Assembly (NCBI GenBank): GCA_046350855.1
Contig: JAXLZM010000004.1
Location: forward strand, 10,491 to 74,490
DNA length: 64,000 nt
From: Candidatus Anderseniibacteriota bacterium
GTDB lineage: Bacteria > Patescibacteriota > JAUYIX01
Reading direction: 5' to 3'
Part shown: one piece after another, positions 49,001 through 55,735 of the stretch
How positions within the stretch are numbered: position 1 is the first letter of the stretch
Layout: the number at the start of each line of letters is the position of its first letter
Position numbers and translations under genes: made by a program
Notes under the pieces: generated by a model
Seen by the model: only the letters and a program-made list of their open reading frames with translations
The model's database searches: none
Told to the model about the DNA's origin: nothing

Positions 49001-52000
49001 GAGTAGGGCTACACCAGATGCCAAAATCTCCATGCCCGATCCAGAAGACGTCGTCGAGGAGAGACCGTTAGCAGAGGGTGCGACGGTGAGCGCGATGTCT
49101 CCGGCGTTGACCACGATACCGCCGTTAGCTGAGACCACATCAATGGTTGGGGTGGAGCCTTCGCCCGAGGCGTTACCCGTAAGACCCGCTCCGGCCGTAA
49201 AGCTCGCGACGTAGTTACCCGTTGTGTCGGTTGTGAGGGCAACGGCGTCCGCTCCGACCGTAAGGCCACCCGAGAAGCTTCCCGTAATATCTCCAGCCGC
49301 CGGTGATTCACCTACATTGACGTAGACCGAGTCCAGAGTGCCGGTATAGTTGGCGTCGGTCAAAATGGTGCCGGTAGAACCACTGAGCGTGTAGGTGGCG
49401 TTGGCTGCCAAGTCACCGACGTCGAGAGTGCCAAAGAAGGTGGCGCCAGCCGACTCAAGGATTTTGAGTTCCGACGATGCATTGTTGAGAGAAATATCGA
49501 AAGCACCGGTTTGATTCCAGTCAGCCGTTAAAGGACCAAGTGCGATGTCGTCCGCGTTAACCGTAATACCGCTCCCCGCGCCCACTGCGACCGTTGGTGT
49601 CGAGCCTTCGCTGCTGACGGTACCAGTGAGACCGCCGCCCGCGGTCAGTGTCGCGACGTAGTTACCCGTTGTGTCGGTGCTGAGGGCCACCGCATCCGCG
49701 CCGACGTTCAGCCCGCCAGAAAAAGAACCCGTAATATCCCCTGCCGCTGGTGACTCGCCGACATTTACATACACCGCATCGAGCGTTCCAGTGTAATTGG
49801 CGTCAGTTAGGATGGTTCCGGTGGAGCCGCTCAGGGTGTAGGTCGCGTTTGCAGCCAAGTCACCGACGTCGAGCGTGCCAAAGAAGGTGGCGCCTGCGGA
49901 TTCCAGAATCTTGAGCTCGGAGGAGGCATTGTTGAGGGAGATATCAAAGGCACCGGTCTGGTTCCAATCCGCCGTCAGCGGACCGAGGGCGATGTTGTCC
50001 GCGTTAACCGTAATGCCACTACCCGTGCCGATGTCGAGAGCTTCACCGTTGAGCGCAAGACCTGCTCCAGCCAAAGCACTCTCAACCAGATCAAACGTGA
50101 CCGTCTCAGGGTTGTCCGCGCCTGTGATCGTAAGGGTGGTGCCGGTTGCTAGCAACTGCACCGTGTCGGTTGGACTGTCCGCCGCTGGATCGGTTCCGGC
50201 CGGGGTGTCGATCGTGGCAAAACTATTGGTGACCGTGTTGCTGTCTGCGGCACAGGCCCAAACGTCGTTTGTCTCATCCCACTTAAGTATTTGTGTGTCG
50301 GCACAACCCTGCAACAACGTCACGCCGGTCCCAAGGATTTCAAGACCAGAGCCAGATGAGGTAGTTGATGAGAGACCATTAGCCGAGGGCGCAACCGTGA
50401 GTGCAATGTCTCCTGCGTTGACGACGATACCGCCATTGGCGGAGACTACATCAATCGTTGGCGTGGAACCCTCACCACTGGCGTTACCAGTCAGTCCGGC
50501 CCCTGCCGTCAAGCTCGCCACGTAGTTACCGGTCGTATCCGTTCCCAGCGCAACAGCATCTGCGCCTACGTTGAGACCACCGCTAAACGAGCCGGTGATG
50601 TCGCCCGCCGCCGGTGATTCACCTACATTGACATACACAGCATCGAGCGTCCCCGTGTAATTTGCGTCGGTTAGGATCGTACCGGTAGAACCACTCAACG
50701 TATAGGTGGCGTTAGCCGCAAGATCGCCTACGTCCAGCGTCCCAAAGAAGGTTGCTCCGGCTGACTCTAAAATCTTGAGCTCGGATGACGCATTATTGAG
50801 GCTCACATCAAAGGCCCCGGTCTGGTTCCAGTCGGCAGTGAGTGGCCCGAGGGCAATGTCGTCGGCATTGACGGTAATGCCACTTCCCGCTCCAATGTCG
50901 AGCGCGCTACCGCTGGCCGCAAGCCCGGCCCCCGCTAATACGCTTTCGACCACATCAAACGTAATCGTCTCGGGGTTGTCGGCACCAGTGATTGTGAGGC
51001 TGGTGCCGGTCGCGAGCAGCTGGAGCGTATCCGAGGTAGAGTCCGCAACTGGATCCGTGCCTGCCGGCGTGTCGATCGTAGTAAAGCTGTTCGAGGGTGT
51101 ATTTGAGTCTGAACTACAGGCCCACACATCGCTGGTCTCGTTCCATTTGAGAATTTCGGTATCGGCACAGCCTTGCAACAGCGCAACGCCAGAGGCAAGA
51201 ATCTCGAGACCCGAGCCTGAGGACGTTGTCGACGACAAGCCATTGGCCGACGCGGCGGTGGTCAGGGCGATGTCACCGGCGTTGACCACGATACCGCCGT
51301 TGGCAGAGACCACATCGATCGTCGGAGTTGAACCTTCGCCAGTTGCATTGCCCGTCAAACCGGCACCCGCGGTAAAACTCGCCACGTAGTCATTGGTTGT
51401 GTCGGTACCGAGTGCGACTGAGTTGGCGTTGACCGTCAAGCCGCCACTAAAGCTGCCGCTGATGTCACCTGCCGCGGGAGACTCACCGACGTTGACGTAG
51501 ATCGGATCCAAGGTTCCCGAGTAATTTGCATCGGTGAGCAGTGTTCCGGACGAACCGCTTAAGGTGTACGTCGCGTTAGCCGCGAGGTCGCCCACGTCGA
51601 GTGTGCCAAAGAAGGTTGCTCCAGCGGACTCTAAGATCTTTAGTTCTGACGAGGCATTGTTGAGTGAGATATCAAACGCGCCGGTTTGATTCCAATCGGC
51701 GGTCAGCGGACCCAAGGTGATGTCGTTGGCATTGACGGTAACCCCACTTCCACTGCCGATATCAAGTGCCTCACCGTTGAGTACCAGACCGGCACCGGCC
51801 AGTACACTTTCCACCAGATCAAACGTAATCGTCTCTGGGTTGTCCGCACCCGTGACGGTCAGGGTTGTACCGGTGGCAATCAGCTGAACGGTATCCGTCG
51901 GGCTATCAGCGACCGGGTCGGTCCCGCTCGGCGTGTCGATCGTGACAAAACTATTGCTCGAGGAGCCGCCCCCGTCAGCGCTACAGGTCCACACATCGCT

Positions 52001-54427
52001 GGCTTCGTTCCACTTAAGAATCTCGGTGTCAGCACAGCCTTGCAGCAAGGCAACTCCGGAGGCGAGGATTTCGAGGCCAGAACCCGATGAGGTCGTCGCC
52101 GAGAGACCATTTGCAGAGGGGGCCGCCGTTAAAGCGATATCCCCGGCGTTGACCACGATTCCCCCATTGGCCGAGACCACATCAATCGTTGGGGTTGAAC
52201 CTTCGCCCGTGGCATTACCCGTGAGTCCCGCCCCAGCCGTAAAGCTCGCCACGTAGTCATTGATCGTATCGGTCCCGAGTGCGACGGCATTTGGGCCAAC
52301 GGTCAAACCTGCTGTGAAACTCCCCGTGATGTCCCCCGCCGCCGGCGACTCACCTACGTTGACATAGATCGGATCCAACGTACCCGAGTAATTAGCGTCG
52401 GTTAGAATTGTTCCGGTAGAACCACTGAGGGTATACGTCGCATTTGCGGCGAGGTCACCGACGTCAAGTGTGCCAAAGAAGGTCGCACCGGCGGACTCGA
52501 GTAGTTTGAGCTCAGAGCTGGCATTGTTGAGTGAGATATCAAAAGCACCGGTCTGGTTCCAGTCAGCGGTCAGCGGACCGAGCGCAATATTGTCAGCATT
52601 AACGGTAATACCACTCCCTGTACCGATATCGATAATTGGATCAGCGGCCGTACCCGAGTTGACCAATCCGGCACCGGCCGTGACGCTCGTAACGGTTCCG
52701 CCAGAATTATTGTCTGCTGCACAGGCCCAAACCGCTCCGGTCCACTTGAGAATCTCATTGGCACCACAAGAAGTAAGCAGTGAGAGCGCCGCCGCTCCCG
52801 AAGCCGTCCCACCCTCGAGCCCGGTGCCAGCCGCGGTCGTGACCGAGGTAATATCCGCACCTTGGATTTGGGCGAGAGCAGACTCTACGTCGTTAGTTGT
52901 GTAAAAATTTCCTGCGTCCGCAATGGGGAGGTCCGCTGCACTGACCTGTCCAGCGCCAGTTCCAAAATTGATGTTGGTATCCCCGATCGTGCCTACCGCG
53001 ACACCGCCCGCTCCCACCGTGATGGTTGCGTCAGCCGCGACCGCAACGACGCTGTTACCCGAGAGTCCCAGACCGTTACCGGTTGCGACCGTGAGTGTGT
53101 CACCCGAGATGGTCAACCCATTGGTGGCGTTGTCATTGATCAGCAAAACATCCGCCGAGATAGAGAGACCGTTGGTGCCTGAGTCGTTGATATCCAAAAT
53201 CGGATCTTGGGCCGTGCCGGAGTTGCCGAGTCCTGAGCCCGCGGTGACAGAGGTGACGGTTCCACCAGAGTTGGCATCAGATGAACACAACCAGGCTGCT
53301 CCCGACCACTTGAGAATCTCCGTAGCGGCACAGCTGGTGAGGAGCGACAAGTTGGCAACGCCACTGGTAACGCCCCCCTCTAATCCGGAACTCGCCCCCG
53401 TCGTAACGGAAGTAATGTCCGCACCTTGGATTTGGGCTAAGGCTGACTCCACGTCGTTGGTCGTATAAAAACCACCCACATCGGCGATCGGGAGATCAGC
53501 GCCCGAGACGGTTCCAACCCCTACGCCAAAAGCGATGTTAGAATCGCCAATAACGCCCACCGCAATACCGCCAGCCCCGACGGAGATGGTTGCATCCGCC
53601 GCGACGGCAACAACCGAGTTTCCCGAGAGACCCAAGCCGTTGCCAGTTGCCACGGTCAGCACGTCCCCTACTAGCGAGAGACCGTTGGTACCGTTATCGT
53701 TAATCGTCAAAATATCCGCGCTGATCGCGAGACCATTAGTAGCCGAGTCGTTGATGTCGATCACCGGATCAGTGGCGGTTCCTGAGTCGGATAGACCCGA
53801 GCCAGCCGTGACACTCGTGACCGTACCCGCCCCGGGCGGTCCCGGGGGCCCTGCTGGACCGGTAGCGCCAGTCGCACCCGTGGCTCCATCTGCTCCGTCG
53901 GCCCCGGTCGCACCATCTGCACCGGCTGGCCCCTGTGGTCCCATGGCGCCCACCACCCCCGGCACACCCTGCGGTCCAATCGAGCCGCTCGCCCCCGCGG
54001 GTCCAGCCGGACCATCGGCACCCGGTGCGCCATCTTTACCGGTTGCACCTCCCGTGCCACCGCTCCCGGCGCCTATAAAGCCACCCAACTGGTCGGGCTC
54101 CAAAATTTGCAACTCGGACCCAGTCCCATCAATACTCGAGCCAAAATTGCTTCCGGCATCACCTTCTTTGAGCAACTTAAACGGCCCGAGAGCTGAACCA
54201 GTCAAATCCAGCGCAGAGAGTGAAATATGTTTAAAGGCAAAAAACGACCAAAAGATCGTCGCTCCAAGCAACAGAATGATCAAAAACAAATACAAAACCG
54301 TGCGCTTTGAGATACCGTCAAGTACCTCAACGACCCCCATGTCTTGCTCGTCCAGTTGCGGTGGAGAAACATAGGGTTTAACACGCTCAAGCGGAGCCCT
54401 GGGAGAAGGAAATTTAGGCGATTCCAA
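43025..54427 (-). CDS. Giant (3800 aa) membrane-anchored collagen/fibre-like repeat protein, putative adhesin
   Basis: Uninterrupted ORF with an N-terminal TM, a G-X-Y collagen stretch, 12 core repeats, C-x5-LKW-x(5-6)-W-x-C knuckles, and C-terminal 'YY...RC.ENGAW.DC' motifs. Confidence 0.9.
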   Translation of the reverse strand: MESPKFPSPRAPLERVKPYVSPPQLDEQDMGVVEVLDGISKRTVLYLFLIILLLGATIFWSFFAFKHISLSALDLTGSALGPFKLLKEGDAGSNFGSSIDGTGSELQILEPDQLGGFIGAGSGGTGGATGKDGAPGADGPAGPAGASGSIGPQGVPGVVGAMGPQGPAGADGATGADGADGATGATGATGPAGPPGPPGAGTVTSVTAGSGLSDSGTATDPVIDINDSATNGLAISADILTINDNGTNGLSLVGDVLTVATGNGLGLSGNSVVAVAADATISVGAGGIAVGVIGDSNIAFGVGVGTVSGADLPIADVGGFYTTNDVESALAQIQGADITSVTTGASSGLEGGVTSGVANLSLLTSCAATEILKWSGAAWLCSSDANSGGTVTSVTAGSGLGNSGTAQDPILDINDSGTNGLSISADVLLINDNATNGLTISGDTLTVATGNGLGLSGNSVVAVAADATITVGAGGVAVGTIGDTNINFGTGAGQVSAADLPIADAGNFYTTNDVESALAQIQGADITSVTTAAGTGLEGGTASGAAALSLLTSCGANEILKWTGAVWACAADNNSGGTVTSVTAGAGLVNSGTAADPIIDIGTGSGITVNADNIALGPLTADWNQTGAFDISLNNASSELKLLESAGATFFGTLDVGDLAANATYTLSGSTGTILTDANYSGTLDPIYVNVGESPAAGDITGSFTAGLTVGPNAVALGTDTINDYVASFTAGAGLTGNATGEGSTPTIDVVSANGGIVVNAGDIALTAAPSANGLSATTSSGSGLEILASGVALLQGCADTEILKWNEASDVWTCSADGGGSSSNSFVTIDTPSGTDPVADSPTDTVQLIATGTTLTVTGADNPETITFDLVESVLAGAGLVLNGEALDIGSGSGVTVNANDITLGPLTADWNQTGAFDISLNNASSELKILESAGATFFGTLDVGDLAANATYTLSGSSGTLLTDANYSGTLDPIYVNVGESPAAGDISGSFSGGLTVNANSVALGTDTTNDYVASFTAGAGLTGNATGEGSTPTIDVVSANGGIVVNAGDIALTTAASANGLSSTTSSGSGLEILASGVALLQGCADTEILKWNETSDVWACSSDSNTPSNSFTTIDTPAGTDPVADSTSDTLQLLATGTSLTITGADNPETITFDVVESVLAGAGLAASGSALDIGAGSGITVNADDIALGPLTADWNQTGAFDVSLNNASSELKILESAGATFFGTLDVGDLAANATYTLSGSTGTILTDANYTGTLDAVYVNVGESPAAGDITGSFSGGLNVGADAVALGTDTTGNYVASLTAGAGLTGNASGEGSTPTIDVVSANGGIVVNAGDIALTVAPSANGLSSTTSSGSGLEILGTGVTLLQGCADTQILKWDETNDVWACAADSNTVTNSFATIDTPAGTDPAADSPTDTVQLLATGTTLTITGADNPETVTFDLVESALAGAGLALNGEALDIGTGSGITVNADNIALGPLTADWNQTGAFDISLNNASSELKILESAGATFFGTLDVGDLAANATYTLSGSTGTILTDANYTGTLDAVYVNVGESPAAGDITGSFSGGLNVGADAVALSTDTTGNYVATLTAGGGLTGTVSSEGSTPTVAVGAGSGITVNADDIALGPLTADWNQTGAFDISLNNASSELKILESAGATFFGTLDVGDLAANATYTLSGSTGTILTDANYTGTLDSVYVNVGESPAAGDITGSFSGGLTVGADAVALTTDTTGNYVASFTAGAGLTGNASGEGSTPTIDVVSANGGIVVNAGDIALTVAPSANGLSSTTSSGSGMEILASGVALLQGCADTEILKWNEASDVWACSADSSTGTNSFATIDTPAGTDPVADSASDTLQLLATGTNLTITGADNPETITFDISESTLAGAGLAANGSALDIGAGSGITVNANDIALGPLTADWNQTGAFDISLNNASSELKILESAGATFFGTLDVGDLAANATYTLSGSSGTVLTDANYTGTLDAVYVNVGESPAAGDITGSFSGGLNVGADAVALTTDTTGNYVATLTAGGGLTGTVSSEGSTPTVAVGAGSGITVNADDIALGPLTADWNQTGAFDISLNNASSELKILESAGATFFGTLDVGDLAANATYTLSGSTGTILTDANYTGTLDSVYVNVGESPAAGDITGSFSGGLNVGADAVALTTDTTGSYVASFTAGAGLTGNASGEGSTPTIDVVSANGGIVVNAGDIALTVAPSANGLSSTTSSGSGMEILASGVALLQGCADTEILKWNEASDVWACSADSSTGTNSFATIDTPAGTDPVADSATDTVQLLATGTNLTITGADNPETITFDISESTLAGAGLAANGSALDIGAGSGITVNANDIALGPLTADWNQTGAFDISLNNASSELKILESAGATFFGTLDVGDLAANATYTLSGSTGTILTDANYTGTLDAVYVNVGESPAAGDITGSFSGGLNVGADAVALTTDTTGNYVATLTAGGGLTGTVSSEGSTPTVAVGAGSGITVNADDIALGPLTADWNQTGAFDISLNNASSELKILESAGATFFGTLDVGDLSANATYTLSGSTGTILTDANYTGTLDSVYVNVGESPAAGDITGSFSGGLNVGADAVALTTDTTGNYVATLTAGGGLTGTVSSEGSTPTVAVGAGSGITVNADDIALGPLTADWNQTGAFDISLNNASSELKILESAGATFFGTLDVGDLAANATYTLSGSTGTILTDANYTGTLDSVYVNVGESPAAADITGSFSGGLTVGADSVALTTDTTGSYVASFTAGAGLTGNASGEGSTPTIDVVSANGGIVVNAGDIALTVAPSANGLSSTTSSGSGMEILASGVALLQGCADTEVLKWNEASDVWACGTAGTSTNSFATIDTPSGTDPVADTATDTLQLLVTGTNLTITGADNPETATFDISESTLAGAGLAANGSALDIGANSGITVNANDIALGPLTADWNQTGAFDISLNNASSELKILESAGATFFGTLDVGDLAANATYTFSGSTGTVLTDANYTGTLDSVYVNVGESPAAADITGSFSGGLTVGADSVALTTDTTGNYVATLTAGGGLTGTVSSEGSTPTVAVGAGSGITVNADDIALGPLTADWNQTGAFDISLNNASSELKILESAGATFFGTVDVGDLSANATYTLSGSTGTVLTDANYTSTLDSVYVNVGESPAAGDITGSFSGGLTVGADSVALTTDTTGNYVASFTAGAGLTGNASGEGSTPTIDVVSANGGIVVNAGDIALTVAPSANGLSSTTSSGSGMEILASGVALLQGCADTEILKWNETSDVWACGADVGVTTLQGAYNGGATITTAGSTNIAFTLTSGNFNASGAGSVNLTPTAASQFTSSGALTFTAGAASTWSTSSGALTLTSAAAATWSTAAGALTVNGNSGLNLNTSSGNVSFQPAGSGTTANVQIGAGGSGSTTPDLLGVDVKSVGGGVTDPTGFDGAVYYSGARAKFRCFENGAWKDCDTSAGTLTLPSAYDNDVDGSNVTIPLTTADDSIAIQNPSASGTDSNFLFQLDNQSSTDKTGLRFVAASSTSMTTAIDASATNITNALDLGGNTISGSTAVIDFTNFDVSSTGQLTFSSVTNDITTISNEDLNFSPNGSGNVTVGTSDTTGTLVVLDTKTGSGDPTGTNGAMYYNSNANKMRCYENGAWGDCLTTVLYVSSDVSQSTTTFADVTGLTTAVTSGFTYVFSCDMTYTTAVSTTALQLSLNGPTTTALDYEVLTDTTATAVHNAAQTAYDTNTNPATGGGATRLGVHLTGSIIPSANGTLAVRYRSEVATSAVTVKRGSFCTVSKK
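44570..52600 (-). repeat. Intragenic tandem array: 12 core units joined with 447-bp or 861-867-bp periods
   Basis: The ADWNQTG-coding motif recurs near 45139, 45586, 46447, 46893, 47341, 48204, 48651, 49515, 49961, 50826, 51690 and 52557. Confidence 0.92.
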
Positions 54428-54559
54428 GTCGCGGGAAGTGAAAAATTAGACCGAATCTGACTCTAAGAGTCAAGTTCAGTATACGAAAAAATGCGCGGTC
54501 AAGCCACCCCTGATTGAGCCGTTTTCTGGGGACAAACTACCCTGTGGATAACTCGGCAC

Positions 54560-54609
54560 GAGGGCGTTTTCTTAGCTTGGCATCGAGAACATAGCTCGCA
54601 CGAGATGTT
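54560..54609 (+). repeat. Direct repeat copy A (3' end of the ATP-grasp gene)
   Basis: 44/50 ungapped identity to 59065-59114. Confidence 0.85.
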
Positions 54610-55567
54610 CTGCCACCGGGAACGGCCGTCCGCGGTAGGGCTGCTCGTGAATATCAAAGCCCGGCGTCTCGTTGATTTCGATCACTGCGTAGTTGCTGAA
54701 CTTGCTGATATCTCTGGCGATCAGATCGATGCCACAAAAACGTAGGCCAAAAATTCGGGCCAGACGCACCGCCATCTTTTTGTACTCGGGATGCACTTTG
54801 TCAGCACACTCAAATGAGCGACCACCGGTACTGACATTGGCATTTTTACGCAGGACAATACGCTTACCCTTGGGTGGGACGAGCTTCTCGGTTAGGTGCT
54901 GCTCGTGCAGGTGCCGTTGCAACTCCAAGTCACGCACGATCGGGCAGAGCGGTTGGTATTTGCCAACTTCCGGCTGCTGATTGTACTGATCAATTAAGCG
55001 GCCGATGCTCAAGACCCCGTCACCAATTACGTAGGCGGGTTTGCGCATCACCACGGTCAAGACCTTTCCATCCAGGACGAGCAGGCGGTAGTCATCGCCT
55101 GGAACAAATTCTTCAACGATAAAAGAGTTGGATTTACCCTTGGTGCGACGGTTGTATTTAAAAACCTCCTCGATGGCGGTCGCCAACCACTTAGTATCCG
55201 TCACGCCCACAAACACGGCACTCCCCTGCGAGCCTTCTACCGGCTTAACCACCAAGGGGAACTTCAAGATACCGTGCCCAACTAGCTCCAGAGCCCGTGT
55301 CACTCTCGTTTCTTTGATACCTGGCGGAACACTAACGCCGTGCTGACGTAAGACACGCTTAACCAAGGCTTTATCGCGCACCAAACGTGCCGAGACCAAA
55401 CGATTGAGGTTGGGCACATCATCGAGTACCAGAATTTTTTTGCTGTTTTTTTGGAATTCGACAACATGGCGCTCCTCATCGAGCACATTTATTGTGACGC
55501 CAAATTTTTGTGCGGCCCTAAACAGGAATCCGACACTTGCCCAGTGACGGGATGATGGTTGCTTCAT
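54572..55567 (-). CDS. Stand-alone ATP-grasp ligase (cyanophycin synthetase N-domain / GshF C-domain-like)
   Basis: DKALVK, PLVVKPVEGSQG, IVEEFVPGDDYRLLV, RKPAYVIGDG, ANVSTGG, CGIDLI, IEINETPG. Confidence 0.88.
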   Translation of the reverse strand: MKQPSSRHWASVGFLFRAAQKFGVTINVLDEERHVVEFQKNSKKILVLDDVPNLNRLVSARLVRDKALVKRVLRQHGVSVPPGIKETRVTRALELVGHGILKFPLVVKPVEGSQGSAVFVGVTDTKWLATAIEEVFKYNRRTKGKSNSFIVEEFVPGDDYRLLVLDGKVLTVVMRKPAYVIGDGVLSIGRLIDQYNQQPEVGKYQPLCPIVRDLELQRHLHEQHLTEKLVPPKGKRIVLRKNANVSTGGRSFECADKVHPEYKKMAVRLARIFGLRFCGIDLIARDISKFSNYAVIEINETPGFDIHEQPYRGRPFPVAEHLVRAMFSMPS

Positions 55568-55675
55568 GCAGTTGCGGCTGACGCCTTACGGCGACCACTT
55601 AGCAGTACAACACTTTTTTGCACTTGTCAAGTTGCCAGAGCGTAAAGTCCAATGCGTGCGCACAGTAATTGGATT

Positions 55676-55712
55676 AAAAACAACAGCTCCGGACCGCATG
55701 GTCCGGAGCTGT
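55676..55712 (-). terminator. Intrinsic terminator
   Basis: ACAGCTCCGGACC-gcat-GGTCCGGAGCTGT followed by TGTTTTT on the minus strand. Confidence 0.85.
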
Positions 55713-55735
55713 ATTGCTACTAGAAGAGTACTTAC

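Noticed and set aside
44570-52600. Repeat array as CRISPR or as a DGR template/variable pair
   Set aside because: The repeats are in-frame coding units with synonymous differences and no unique spacers. Mismatches are not evidently adenine-specific, and no reverse transcriptase or cas gene is in the window.
43685-54374. Many long plus-strand ORFs antisense to the giant gene
   Set aside because: Shadow frames of a Gly/Ala/Thr/Ser-rich repetitive gene; they mirror its repeats and have no independent signals.
54572-55567. ATP-grasp as a graspetide (RiPP) cyclase acting on the giant repeat protein
   Set aside because: The sequence is CphA-like rather than RimK/MvdD-like, and no leader-plus-core precursor is evident.
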